Source: Octopus vulgaris (Eukaryota). From it: a stretch of 64,000 nt of DNA. The notes under the pieces were generated by a model that searched no databases, had not been told where the DNA came from, and was given only the letters and a program-made list of their open reading frames with translations. The stretch covers positions 2,480,001 to 2,544,000 of the forward strand of contig OX597837.1 of assembly GCA_951406725.2 (NCBI GenBank). Reading direction: 5' to 3'. Positions 12,959 to 26,432 of the stretch are shown here, in pieces. Position 1 is the stretch's first letter. Each line of letters begins with the position of its first letter. The position numbers and the translations under genes are program-made.

Positions 12959-14595
12959 AGCTGTGGAAAGCATAAAAACAAATCCCAAAGCTTTCTATAA
13001 ATTCGCAAAGGTAACAGCTACAATATAAAATAGGACCATTGTTCCAAGGGAATGACTCGCTGACGGCAGACCCAGGAAGAATAAATGAGAGATTCAACGA
13101 ACAATTTAAAAGTGTCTTTACTTCCCCCCTTGGACACATGCAGATAAAAAATCCAGCTGAATTCTTTGATATTGCAGCTCTAAAAAAGGAGACTCCAGCC
13201 ATCGATTACACCAAGATTTAGGAAACAGATGTAACAATGGTTATAAATGAAATGAGTTCATGCTCCGCAACTGCTCCTCATGGCTTCCCAGCTATTCTCC
13301 TAAAGTCATGTAAGCAGGCTTTAGCGAATCCACTTCAGATACTTTTCCAAAGTTTCCTTTCAAGTGGTAGACTTTCCAAAAAGCTGAAAGAAAGCATTAT
13401 ATGCCCTATCTACAAAGGTGGAAGCAGATTAGAGGCCAAAAACTACAGACTCATCTCTATGACTTCGCATATCAGTAAAGTCATGGAGCGAATCATCAGA
13501 AAGAAGCTGATAATGTTCCTAGAAGAAAATGACCCACTGAATAATACACATCAAGGCTTCCGTCCCGGTAAAAACTGCCTCACACAGTTCCTACAGCACT
13601 ATGACTGGGGTTTGAAACAGCTGCCTGGTTATTCAGATGCATGACCATTCTCATAGGCATTTGATAAAGTTGATCATGGCATGGTAAGTCATAAGCTACG
13701 AGACCTTGGCATTGTTGGTAAACTGGGAGAGTGGCTGCATGACTTCCTTAAAGACAGAAGTCAGGTAGTAACAAACAGCTAATGGTGCCCTTTTGGGGGA
13801 AACTCAAATCCTAAGTGGGGTCCCCCAGGGAAGTGCTCTGGGGTCATTTGTGTTCATAATAACCCTCTTAGACATGCCCACAGTCACTCGGACAGCCACT
13901 GTCACTAGCTTTGCCGATGATACAAAATTGTCACAGGCAATAAAAAACCAAGATGACGTCACAAACTTACAGCGGGACCTAAATTCAGTATACAAGTGGG
14001 CCGAAATAAACAACATGAGGTTTAATGCTGGAAATTTCAAGCACTGCGCTATCAACTAATGAATACCGTACAATCTACATATAGAGGACCACAAGGTACT
14101 ACAATCCTAGAGTCACAGGCAGTGAAAGACTTGGGGATCAGTATGTGCAATGACGCATCATTTCATATGCACATTAGCAAGATGGCAGCAAAGTGCAGAC
14201 AACTGACAGGATGGATGCTGAGGTCCTTCAAGACAAGAGACCAAGAAACTATGTTGACCCTGTGGGTAACTTTGTTATCAGCCGCCTGGACTACTGCTCC
14301 CGGTTATGGCCACCGCATAGTGCCAAACTAACAGCGGAACTTGAAGCTGTCCAACGCCACTACACTAAAAAAAAATTGAAGCAATGCAGCAGATGAGCGA
14401 CAGGGATAAGCTGAGAAAACTACAGCTTTACTCCCTGGAGTGAGGCGTTAGAGATATGCAATAACATACATATGGAAAATCCTAGAAGGGCAAGTACCTA
14501 ACTTTGGCATTGAGTGTTATACAAATGCCAGAACTGGCCGCCATTTTATTGTACCAAAAGTACTATCAAGTCCATCTAAATTTAGGACCAGATAC
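12592..14595 (+). mobile_element. CR1/L2-group non-LTR retrotransposon, ORF2 reverse transcriptase pseudogene, truncated at both ends
   Basis: Motifs PIYKGG..AKNYRLISMTSHISKVMERII, QGFRPGKNC, AFDKVDH, GVPQGSALG, FADDTKL, VKDLGI, RLDYCS spread over frameshifted ORFs with stops. Confidence 0.95.
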
Positions 14596-15289
14596 GCGCA
14601 ATCATGCCATATGTGCTACCATAGGTTTCGAACTCTCGCCGCGCTTTCTGAACTGTACTTCATCGTGCTGATGGGATATAGTGAAACGCACTTTTAAAAA
14701 CATATTTCCTTAAAAAAACCACTGCTTCCGCTTGATGGCACTTGACAGCGGTTTCAAGATTGGCGGAACTGAAAACAATTGCATTCACTGTCTCTTTCAG
14801 TTTGAGCGAAATGCAAAATGTCCTATGAGATTAAGATTGATTCTTACATCAATACAGAACTGGGGAACAAAATGCTTTTGAGAAAAGAGGGAATCAGCGT
14901 TGAATGAATAAATAATCCAAATAAGAATGCGAGCGGTTCAGAATGTAGATGAGAAAATAGAGTAAAGACATAAGTGAAGCAATTACATTTGCGCATTTAT
15001 GTAATTATAGTTCAGGAGATGAAGTGCCTACCTGTAGTGTTTGCATTTTTTAAAATTCTCGGATCGTTTGTTTCAATAGATGTCTGTTTGTATAGGTTTT
15101 GAAGCTTCGCATTTCTTCTGCCGAACACAGATTACACCTTTGGCTTCCAATTTTGATCTTTCTGTGATTTTCCATTTTATCACATATATGTACGCTCCAA
15201 GCTTTTTCTGTTTTTTTTTTTTTTGCTGTTTTTTTTTTTTCAAATGCAGTCGGTTAGTTTTGATGCCTTTCTTCTATAATTTCTTTTAT

Positions 15290-15455
15290 TCTTTTTAATT
15301 GTTTCAGTCATTTGACTGCGGCCAGGCTGGAACACCACTTTGAAGCCTTTTAGTCGAACAAATCAACCCTAGGACTTATTTTTTAAGCATAGTACTTATT
15401 CTTTTGCCAAACCGTTAAACATACCAACACTGGTTGTCAAGCGGTGGTGAGGGAA
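15290..15455 (-). mobile_element. SINE family B 3' half
   Basis: gtttcagtcatttgactgcggcc.gctgg...ggttgtcaagc. Confidence 0.85.
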
Positions 15456-16019
15456 CCAAAAATGGGTCAGTTAAAGTTTAGGCGAATGAAAATTGAACTG
15501 CACTATTTCTGTTCCGAAATTCATCTCGCAAGTGCAAAAATCGATAATGTGTTTGTTTAGGCCTTATCCCATGCATTGAATAGTGAACTTCACTCAGTCA
15601 GCTGTTTGACGTCAACTGTGTTCACTACGCGTGCAAGCATGCGTAAATTGCATGAAAAATAGAAAATAAAAATATAAAAACGAATCGCCGCAAACATTGT
15701 AGAAATTCGGCAAAGAAATGAATTTTCGGGATGTAACCTGGAGGGTTTCTTTCGTATCAATTGTTTGGACTTTGTGAATACATACCAATTGTTTTCGTAA
15801 CATTCTTAACGCTTTGAATTAAATGTGACCATTTTGCGTTGAGTCTGCAGTTTGAATCACTTTAACCAAATTTTAGCAGGCCGGATTTTTGATCATCACG
15901 ATACATCGCCAACGACTCCCTGAAATCCCCATTGAGAAATCTATATATATGTGTCTGTGTGTTTAACTTTTGGATCTACCAAGTTTCATTATTAAGGATG
16001 GAAAGTAGTGTGTAGCAAA

Positions 16020-16406
16020 TCTATATATATAAAGCTGAAGTTGTCTGTGTGTGGCAGGTTTGGTAGCCTTCAACTAACACTATCTCCTTCGAGACCCTGC
16101 AGCGCACGTTGACCAAAATTGAGAGTATGATAGAAGAAGGCTTGCTCTTCATTCTGTAGAAGATAAAATTCAAATCGGACTATGTTAACACCAACAATTA
16201 TTTACATCAAAAAGGTACTATTTTTCTATGAAAATCCGTTTTTTACGATTTTTGACTGCTGTGTAACCATTTTTCGGTGTATTTCAACTGGAAAAATGTT
16301 CACTTGAAGAGAATAACAAGTTACATAATACAAAATTTTTACTTTTCAAAAATTCCAATCCTAAAGGGTCGAAACAAACCTAAGCAACACCTGGTGATAC
16401 TACTAG
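16020..16406 (+). mobile_element. Non-autonomous Helitron
   Basis: Starts A|TC (tctatatatataaagctg), ends CTAG|T after a decayed GC hairpin (cctaagcaacacctgg); no TSD, AT target. Confidence 0.7.
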
Positions 16407-16627
16407 TAGATATATATATGTAGATGCACATATGTTCATAAACACATACACACAGGTGTGTGTGAGAGAGAGAAAGAGAAAGAATATAGCATAACAGAGA
16501 TAGAGAGATAATGAGAGCGTGGGAGAGGAAGAGAAATATAGTACAGAGACTGAAAGAAAGAAATAGAGAGAGGGAGAGGGAAGAGAGAGAGAAGGGAAGA
16601 TATAGAAAGTAAGATCTAAAGAGAGAT

Positions 16628-16660
<33 letters not shown>

Positions 16661-17481
16661 TGTACACTTGATACAGTAAAGAGAAAGTAGGAGAAACCGC
16701 GAGAGAGACAAAGAGAGAGATTAAGGGAGATTGAGAGAGAGAGTGAGAGTCAGAATAAAGAAAATGAAAGAGTAAAAGAGAGACAGAGAAAGAGATTGAA
16801 AAGAGTGTGAAAAGAGTGTGAAATGCAGAAAGAGAGGGAGAAAGAGAGAGAGTTAAATTATTAATTTGGAAAGATAGTGATGCAAATTACTGCAGATTGA
16901 CATCTTTAGATTAACGGTAGTGGCGGGAGAGAATGGTGGTAGTGGTGGTGGTGGTGGTGGTGGTGGTGGTGGTGGTGGTGGTGGTGGTGGTAGTGGTGGT
17001 GGTGGTGGAATGGGTGCCAATGGTATTGATTGGCTTGGTTGTGGTGGTGGTTTTGTGGTTGTAGCGGTAGTGTTGGTGGTGGTGGTGGTGGTAGTTAGGG
17101 AGTGATGCTGGTTGTTTAAGGTGATGGTGGGGTGGAGCTGACAATGATTGTGGCGGTGAGGATATTGCTAGTGATGGTGGAGGCTGCGCTACAGCCTCTG
17201 ATATAAACTTCATTTTCTCCTTCACCATCACCATCACCAATACCATCATCATCATCATCACCATCATCCCCTAAGTTAGTCATGTCACCGTTGCTATCTC
17301 GTTTCCTTAATCTGGCCCCTGTCAAAATCGTGTTCATTCTTGTTGTAACGAATTTCATCATCATCATCATCATCATTCTCAACAGCAACAACAATAACAT
17401 TGTTGTCATTATCATTATCATCGTCCTCATCATCTTCCCCATCATCACCGTCATCATCAAAGCAGCAACAATAACATCATT

Positions 17482-17529
<48 letters not shown>

Positions 17530-17666
17530 TTCATCATCAAGATCATCATCATCATCATCAACAGCCCTACATTTTTGTCCATCCAAATATCATTTCTAGT
17601 TATCGTTAATGTTATTACAATCCTTTTTTATTCTTATTCTTCATCATCATCACCATCATTACTAAG

Positions 17667-17867
17667 ATGATGGGAGAGTCGTTAGCACACCGAGCAATAT
17701 GCCTAGCGGTATTTAGTCCGCCGCTACGTTCTGAGTTCAAATTCCGCCGAGGTTGACTTTGCCTTTCATCCTTTCGGGGGTTAATAAATAAAGTACCAGT
17801 TGAGTACTGGATCGATATAATCGACTCTCCCCTCCCCCAAAGTTCAGGCCTTGTGCCCATAGTAGAT
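17667..17867 (+). mobile_element. SINE family A
   Basis: gttagcac...gttctgagttcaaattccgccgaggttgactttgcctttcatcctttcgggg...ggccttgtgcc. Confidence 0.9.
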
Positions 17868-17868
17868 A

Positions 17869-18299
17869 GGTACATACAGTCTGTCTGTGTCACTTTTTCG
17901 ATGGAGTATCTTGTATCTAGTCAGTAACTTACTTGCTTTCTGTCTAAGCTGTTTAGTTCGTCTACTGTCCATGCGATTACCCATGCTCCATATCTAAGTA
18001 GTGAAACTGCCCAGGTGTTGATAGCTTCAATCTTATTCCGTCCATTTAATTTCCACTAAAGGATCGGTCTCAGTCTGTGCAAGTACTCCAACTTAAATTT
18101 TTCTGCCATTTCTTTCTCCATCAATTTATCCATTTCCAATATCCCCAAGTACTTATAGCCCGTCTGTTTTATCTGCTTCATAACCTCCCCACAACGGTAT
18201 CACTAGCCCGTTCATACATTTCATTTTGCCTCTCTTCAAGACTAACACACCATACTTTTTCAATCCGAACTCCATTCTGATATCAGCACTGAAAGTATA
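17869..18299 (-). mobile_element. R4/Dong-like retrotransposon RT fragment (second copy)
   Basis: YTFSADIRMEFGLKKYGVLVLKRGK; paralogous to 19470-19865. Confidence 0.85.
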
Positions 18300-18356
<57 letters not shown>

Positions 18357-18377
18357 CATCATCATCATCATCATCAA

Positions 18378-18434
<57 letters not shown>

Positions 18435-20105
18435 GCTATTGTCTTTGCACTGCTTCTAACGCTGGAGATGTACTACGGTGTCAGCTGTTAACTACCAGTG
18501 AACTAAGATAACACCTCATATTTCGAGCACCTTCCGGAATATTCGAGCGGTTGGTTCCAAGCAGTGCTGTTTTCTGCAAGTATTCCACTCTTATTGCAGC
18601 CCCTATTTGTTACATGTACTTCTCAAGATTTTTACTCACTGTTCCCAGGGCTCCGACAATTATTGGTACTACTACCACTTTTTTCATCGACTACAACTGC
18701 TTAACTTCCCAAGCTAACCTGTTATATCTATCGACTTTTCTTTCTTCTTTATCGCATACCTTGTTGTCGGCTGGGCATGCTAATCTATGATATCCAGCAT
18801 CGTTTGCTTTCTTTCTCAATTAACACTATGTCTGGTTTCCTTTTCTCTATCTCGAGGTCTCACTGAATCATAAAATCCCTTAGGCTCTATGCATCATCAT
18901 TTTCGATGATGCCTTCGGGTTTATGTTCGTACCACCTTTTTGCTCTATCAAGTCCATACTTGTTGCAAAGTATCCAATGGACAATCCTTGCTATGTTGTC
19001 ATGACGTCTCTTATATTCTTTCTGGGTTAGTGACGTACATTGACTGGTAATATGCCATACGGTTTCACTATTTTGCACTTATCACTTTCTGCTGTATTGT
19101 CTTTTCTGTATTTGATGTAATTGGTCCTTAATGCTTGCTCTTGGGCAGCACATATTAGAGCCTCCGTTTCCGGTTTTAAATCACTTTTAGTCATCCACAG
19201 TCATCTTTGTTTCTCTTTTCTCTGTCAGATCCTCAACATCCCTATGAAATTGTCCATGCATTCCTTTTTTATCCACTAATTTTCTGTTTTTTTCATTCTC
19301 AAGTGCTTGTACAGTGCTTTATCATTGTAATCTTCCATCGTACACAAGCCTGGCCTTCTTACTTCCAATAATAGTGGCTCTGTCGCATTTTTTACATACC
19401 ATGCTATGTTGTTTTCTTCTGCTCTAATGCCGTGTTCGCATCTAATCAGTCCTCTTCCCCATCTTTTTCTTGGTACATACAGCCTGTCTGTGTCACTTTT
19501 TGGGTGGAGTATTCCATATCTAGTTAGCAACTTCCTTGTCTTTCTGTATAAGCTGTTTAGTTCGTCTGCTGTCCATGCGATAACCTCTGCTCCATTTCTA
19601 AGGAGTGAAACCACCCAGCTTCTTCCGTTTAATTTCGACTAAAGGATCAGTCTGCGCAAGTATTCCACCTTAATTTTTTCTGTAATTTCTTTCTCCATTA
19701 ATTTGTCCATTTCCAATATCCCCGTCTCTTTTATCTGCTTCATAACCTCCCCCGACGGTACCACTAGCCCGTCCATATATTTCATTTTGCCTCTCTTCAA
19801 GACTAACACATCACACTTTTTCAGTCCGAACTCCATTCTGATATCAGCACTGAAAATATACACCGTATCAACGAGGGAACTGACTTGGGATTCATCTTTA
19901 TCGTAAAGTTTGAGGTCATCCATGAATAACAAGTGGTTGATTTTTTTGTTGGCGGCTTTCGAATACATACCCACCCTTTGATTTCTTCAAAATCAGTGTT
20001 AATGGTATCATGCACAGTACAAAGATCAGTGGCGCAGGGAATCCCCTTGTAAGATGCCTCTCCTGATTTCTATTGGACTTAAACTTCTTCCATACTTGGT
20101 TGGCA
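18435..20105 (-). mobile_element. R4/Dong-like (RLE-class) non-LTR retrotransposon, 5'-truncated pseudogene
   Basis: RRGILQGDS, INHLLFMDDLKLY, LHPKSDTDRLYVPRKRWGRGL, ETVWHITSQC..YKRRHD, KPDIVLI..DLACP..K..Y, VPIIVGALG, LQKTALLGT; 3' end runs into (TGA)n(TAA)n. Confidence 0.9.
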
Positions 20106-20396
20106 ATTATATATATACGTACATACATAAGAATAAGCATATTAAAAGGGGGCCGTGGGAAAGCTCATTTAAATAGAACGGTTGGGAATCATTGTTGGGA
20201 ACCGTTGTTGGGAACCACTTTTGGGAACCACCATGAGATGGTTGCGAACCGCTGGTCTAAAGACTACCATAGGTGTAAAAGCTGCCAACAGTGTGGATAG
20301 CCTAGTGTTTGGGTTTAGTGCTTCACCGGTAATATACCCTGTTTTTTACCCAACAAGGACCTTATTTATGTAAGTATATCTACATACGTGCATATA

Positions 20397-20557
20397 GGCA
20401 CAGGCGAGGCTGTGTGGTAAGAAGCTTGCTTTTCAACCATATAGTTCTGGGTTTAATCCCACTGCATGGCACATTGGGCGTCTTCTACAATAGCCTCGAG
20501 ACGACCATAAGCCTTGTGAATGGATTTGGCAGATGGTAACTGAAAGAAGCCCGTCGT
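20397..20557 (+). mobile_element. SINE family B 5' half
   Basis: ggcacaggcgaggctgtgtggtaagaagcttgct...aactgaaagaagcccgtcg. Confidence 0.85.
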
Positions 20558-20558
20558 A

Positions 20559-20600
<42 letters not shown>

Positions 20601-20603
<3 letters not shown>

Positions 20604-20724
20604 CGAGAGAGAGATGTTTATATGAATATATAATATATTATTTAAAATATGTATGCATGTTTCTACATACATATACACATATATACACATAAGTACATAT
20701 ATATGTGTGTGTATGTCTGTGTGC

Positions 20725-20762
<38 letters not shown>

Positions 20763-20887
20763 GAGAGAGAGAGATGTTTATATGAATATATAATATATTA
20801 TTTAAAATATGTATGCATGTTTCTACATACATATACACATATATACACATAAGTACATATATATATGTGTGTGTATGTCTGTGTGCG

Positions 20888-20915
<28 letters not shown>
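20601..20915. repeat. Tandem duplication, ~160 bp unit, 2 copies
   Basis: tacgagagagagatgtttatatgaatatataatatattatttaaaatatgtatgcatgtttctac...gtctgtgtgcg present twice. Confidence 0.9.
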
Positions 20916-20921
<6 letters not shown>

Positions 20922-21121
20922 CGTACTCATATATATATATATACGTATATAGGTACTTATGTATGTATACATTATATATATAAGTATATATATTTGTGTA
21001 TGTATAAGTATGTATGAAATGTCTGCATATCTGCGCATGCATATACGCACACATAAGTGCATACATATATTAACACCATGTAAGATGAAGAATCTCATCC
21101 ACAACGGATGCACTTACACAG

Positions 21122-21158
<37 letters not shown>

Positions 21159-21401
21159 ATCACACAAACACAAACACACACACTCGCGCAATCACACAAA
21201 CACAAACACACACCACACAGTACGCACATTACCGCAGACAAATATATAAAGTAATATTTAGATTGGCTGACCTGTGGTCAAGAATCAATATAAGCCGTTC
21301 TTTGGACTGGTTCAATATGCCATTACGATTTCATCAACGTCATAAGCGACCTTGCAATGTACTAACAGCTCCTTCACACACCCCACCCTGCCACTAAGTT
21401 C

Positions 21402-21439
<38 letters not shown>

Positions 21440-21468
21440 GGCACACGTATATACTCATTTGTGTGTGT

Positions 21469-21510
<42 letters not shown>

Positions 21511-21541
21511 ATGCGTGTGTGTTTGTACTTACACAAACAAC

Positions 21542-21629
<88 letters not shown>

Positions 21630-21953
21630 TGTATGTATGTATTCGTCGGTATCTTACGTATAGAGACATGCATCTGCATACTTCCACACGCACTCAGACA
21701 GATAGACATAGTTAAATACACGTACACACATATTTACATACACACGCACATACTAGCACGCGCGCGCACAGGGCCATCCATGGTGCTGATTGAGTCATGT
21801 GACGTGATTACCATTGATAGGTGTTCAATGTTAATAAAGGCCTGAACAGGCGTCAGATATCAATATGGATTGAGGTGGGAGGGAAGGATGATGCGAGTGG
21901 AGAGCGGGGGAAGGTGTTGGTGGGACTAGAGTGTATTAGACTGACAACGGTAG

Positions 21954-21954
<1 letters not shown>

Positions 21955-21985
<31 letters not shown>

Positions 21986-22080
21986 AGAAGAAGAAGAAGA
22001 AGAAGAAGAAGAAGGAGAAGCAGAAGAAGAAGAAGAAGAAGAAGAAGAAGAAGAAGAAGAAGAAGAAGAAGAAGAAGAAG

Positions 22081-22110
<30 letters not shown>
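21955..22110. repeat. (GAA)n microsatellite
   Basis: About 150 bp of nearly pure GAA. Confidence 0.98.
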
Positions 22111-22111
<1 letters not shown>

Positions 22112-22944
22112 GGAGGAGGCTGGTAATGGTTTGAATACGTGTGGGATAACGTGTAGTAGTTATGGTAGGTGGGGAGGGGAGAAGTTGTGGTTTGAGTGGT
22201 AGTGTTATTTTGGTTGCGGCCAATGGTGGCGATGGTGGTGCTGATTCTAGCAGTAACGATTGTGGTGGTGGTGGTGGTGATGGTGGCGGTGGTGATAGTG
22301 GTGATGGTGTGGTGGTGGTTCTCAGAGCGGTGGTAATGATGGTGGAGTTGATGGTGATGGTATGATGGTGGTAGTGATAATGGTGGTAGTAGTTATAATG
22401 GTGGTGGTGTTGATAGTGGTGATGGTGGTCGTGGTGGTCGTGGTCGTGGTGGTTGTGCTGAGGTGAGTAACTGCGGTGGAGTGACAATGTTACTTTTGTT
22501 GTTGTTGTTGTGGTCGGTGTCAGCGGTGGCTGTGAATGGTAATACCTATGACGTGTGGTAAAGCAATCAATAATGGCCGTGATGGGTCGGCGGGGTGGGA
22601 GAGGGGGCTGTTTAGTCGCAGGTCATCCCTGGTTCGTGTAGAATATCCACCATAGAACACTCCAGCCATGACCATCCCATATCTTTTCTAATCTCCACTG
22701 GCTCTCGAAATACTGTATTCCGTGTGTATTTTTTTTTTCTGACTGTTGAATGGAAGATTTGCTTGTTATTTCTAGCGAATTGAATGAGGACACTCAAGGG
22801 TCGATGGTCTGCCTCTATTGGAATCGGCTTATATATGCGTGTGAGCGCGCGCGTGTGTGTGCGGTGCGTGTCTTGATAGATAAACAGATGGAGAGATAGA
22901 CGAATAGAGAGAAAGAGAAAGAGGTAGATACGTGGATGACAGAC

Positions 22945-23033
<89 letters not shown>

Positions 23034-24422
23034 CAGACAGATAGATGGGTGGATGGATGGATGGATGGATTTCTTCAAGAGAAGTGTTGGAGATGAGAGA
23101 TTACATTATCCAATAAAAGTGATGACAACTTGATGACAACACGGAAGCCATGTTACAATGAAGAAAATGGAGATTTGTTGCATATTAAGTGACGGTTGTG
23201 GTCGCGGTGGAAGGAAGAGGATGATGGTGGAGGGAGGGCTGTTCGTGGGTAGGGGTGAACATGGCGGTGGTAGTGTTGGTGGTGAGGTTAGTTTTAGTGG
23301 TGTTGGTGCTGGTGGTGGTGGTGATGGTGGTAGCCAGCGGCGGGAATGTTGACGCTGCTTTTGGTGCTCTTTGAGGTAATTGTCGTAGTGATGGTAGTTT
23401 TGGTGGTGGTGGTGGTGGTGATGGTGGCGTCGGCGGCGGCGGCATTGGTGGAGACAATGGTAGTGACGGTGGAGGCGGTAGTGGTGGTAGTGCTGATGTT
23501 AGTTTTGGCTGTGGTGGTGGTGGTGGTGGTGGTGGTGGTGGTGGTAGTGGTAGCGTATCGTCATCACCGTCACCAGCATCATCATTATCCTCATCATCAT
23601 CCTCATCAGCGGCAGCACCTTTATCAACACATCTACCAACCGACCATGACCACATTCACTGCTCCACCTCCGCCGCAACTGCCACCGTCACACCACTATC
23701 CAATCATACAAACAATATACCACCATTACCACCACCATCAACACCACCACCAATACTACCTTCACCCCTACTACCTCCACCATAACCACTACCACCACTG
23801 CTGCCACATCAAAAACCACCACCACCATCACCAACCACCACCCTAACCCTTATTTTCAGTCCAGAGATATTAACACTATCATCCATCAACGCTGTCAGTA
23901 AACAAAATGCTTGAGAGAGAATCCATTGATATTATTATAGCCTGAAATATTAGGGTGGAATTGGGGTAGGAACGGGCGGATCATATCGGCTCCAGTATGT
24001 GACTGGTATCTTATTTTATCTAAGCCCTACCCCACCCCGGAACGATAAAATTGTAGAGTTGACCTCGACAAAATTAGAACACTGCACGTTAGGATCCGGA
24101 AGGTAATACCATAAGACAGTTGACCACAGTTGACCACACTGTAATTCCTCATTGTGATCCTGGGCGTAAGCTGGCTCGACCCAAGTTCGTGAGTCCGTGC
24201 TGCGTTCTGTCCTTAAGCAAGTCACTTCATGCCATGATGCTCCATGCCAGCACTCAGCTGAAAACTATGTGACGTCTGTTGTAGAGTGGCACCTTATAGA
24301 TTATTGGCCAAACATCTTGCAAGTATATCACGTGTAAACGGCCCACGATCGCTAACGGCACTCTGGACGGGGTGGGGAAGTGACACTGATTTTTTACATT
24401 GACAAAATATGCCAGTTGTCTA

Positions 24423-24998
24423 AGGCGGCGAGCTGGCAGAAAAGTTAGCACGCTGGGCGAAATGCTTAGCAGTATTTCGTCTGCCGCTACGTTCTGAGTT
24501 CAAATTCCGACGAGGTCGACTTTGCCTTTCATCCTTTCGGGGTCGATTAAATAAGTACCAGTTACGCACTGGGGTCGATATAATCGACTTAATCCATTTG
24601 TCTGTCCTTGTTTGTCCTCTTTGTGTTTAGCCCCTTGTGGGTAGTAAAGAAATAGGTATTTCGTCTGCCGCTACGTTCTGAGTTCAAATTCCGACGAGGT
24701 CGACTTTGCCTTTCATCCTTTCGGGGTCGATTAAATAAGTACCAGTTACGCACTGGGGTCGATATAATCGACTTAATCCATTTGTCTGTCCTTGTTTGTC
24801 CTCTCTGTGTTTAGCCCCTTGTGGGTAGTAAAGAAATAGGTATTTCGTCTGTCTTTACATTCTGAGTTCAAATTCCACCAAGATCGACTTTCATCCTTTT
24901 GGGGTCGATAAGTTAAGTACCAGTTACGTACTGTGGTCGATCTAATCGACTGGCCTCCTCTCCAAAAATTTCGGGCCTTGTACCTAGAGTAGAAAAGA
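24423..24998 (+). mobile_element. SINE family A trimer (184-bp period)
   Basis: tatttcgtct restarts at 24473, 24657 and 24841; first two units almost identical. Confidence 0.93.
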
Positions 24999-25354
24999 AA
25001 TATGACTGTTGTTATTGTTCTTCTTCTTCTCCTTCTTCTTCTTGTATATATGCAAATTATATAACTATATACCGGAAGAACTTCCAAAGTTTGTTTATAA
25101 AATGATTTTGCATTCGATAAGCTGTTAATTAGCATTAAAATTGATGGTAGTTCTTGTCAGTGGTTGTTTGGCTTAAAAGTAAAGCCTACAGTCGGTGTCA
25201 GAGAAGTACAGGTTCGATTCCCGTAAACACAACCTGGTAACCTTCTTTTTCCTCTCTCCTTCTTATAAGGGGGTAAATTTCCAATCTTTCTCTGTTGGTC
25301 ACACAGCTTTAGAGAATTCGAAATTTACTTTCTTTTTTGCAATATATACTTATA

Positions 25355-25590
25355 TCACGTGACCGACCAGACTATCAGATTTTGTTACACATCGGTGGTC
25401 CCAATGCGCTTTTGTATTGTTTTATTGTTCAAATGACGCCACCCCGCTGAGTAGAAAAGCAGACCAACATTCCCAAACCCTGGTCGAAGGGGGACTGGAA
25501 CAATGTGACACGGAGTGTTTGGCTCAAGAACACAACGCGCCGCCCAATCAGAGAATCGAACCCATGATCTAGCGGCAACAGCCTAACCAC
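25355..25590 (-). mobile_element. Degenerate SINE family C
   Basis: tcacgtgaccgaccagactatcagat...aaatgacgccaccccgctg...aatcgaaccc..cctaaccac. Confidence 0.75.
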
Positions 25591-25629
25591 AATACATGTT
25601 TGTGTCCGTGTATGTGTATAAAAGTATAC

Positions 25630-25775
25630 ACGACGGGCTTCCTTCAGTTTCCGTCTACCAAATCCACTCACTCGATTTTGGTCAAACCGAAAGTCTGGTA
25701 GAAGATACTTGCGCAAAATGCCATTCAGTGGGACTGAACCCGGAACCTTCTGGCTGTGGCAGCAAACTTCTTACG
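25630..25775 (-). mobile_element. SINE family B 5' half
   Basis: cgacgggcttccttcagtttccgtctaccaaatccactcac...gggactgaacccggaacc. Confidence 0.85.
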
Positions 25776-25799
25776 GTATATATTTATATCATGTACGTG

Positions 25800-26019
<220 letters not shown>

Positions 26020-26432
26020 TGTATTTTCAGCTTAGAGCTGCGGCCATGCTGATGCACCGCTGTGTTGCTACACTGTTATTACTGAGAGCCTCCTCCAATA
26101 TGTGGAACTTGATGAAGAATAGAGTTTGTTGTAGCTACCCTCATTAGTACCTATTGCCGTGAGGGAGGTTCATCTGGGACACTCGAGAGGAAGAGGTCCA
26201 GCCTTGATTTGAAAACGCCCACATCTACTTTGTGTAGGTTCCTCGGGTTGTTTGGGAAAATATTAAAAAGCTGTGGGTCCCTGGAACCCAAGCTGTTGCA
26301 GTAACTGGTCCTGAAGCGCAATGGTATTGATGGGATCTTTGGCACTATGCAGTGTCAACCCGTTCTGGCATTGGTGTAGCTTTCAATGCCAAAATTTGGC
26401 ACAATTCCTTCCAGGATCTTCCAGATATATAT
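26020..26432 (-). mobile_element. 3' terminal fragment of the CR1/L2-group LINE family including 3' UTR
   Basis: YIWKILEGIVPNFGIESYTNARTG matches 14465-14540; continues PQLFNIFP..RNL..VFKSRLDLFLSSVPDEP, then tail gcggtgcatcagcatggccgcagctctaagctgaaa. Confidence 0.9.

Noticed and set aside
24423-24998. Regularly spaced repeats as a CRISPR-like array
   Set aside because: Whole units are duplicated with no unique spacers; SINE sequence; no cas genes; eukaryotic context
25190-25240. ggttcgattccc B box / LTR primer-binding-like sequence
   Set aside because: No convincing A box, cloverleaf or LTR pair
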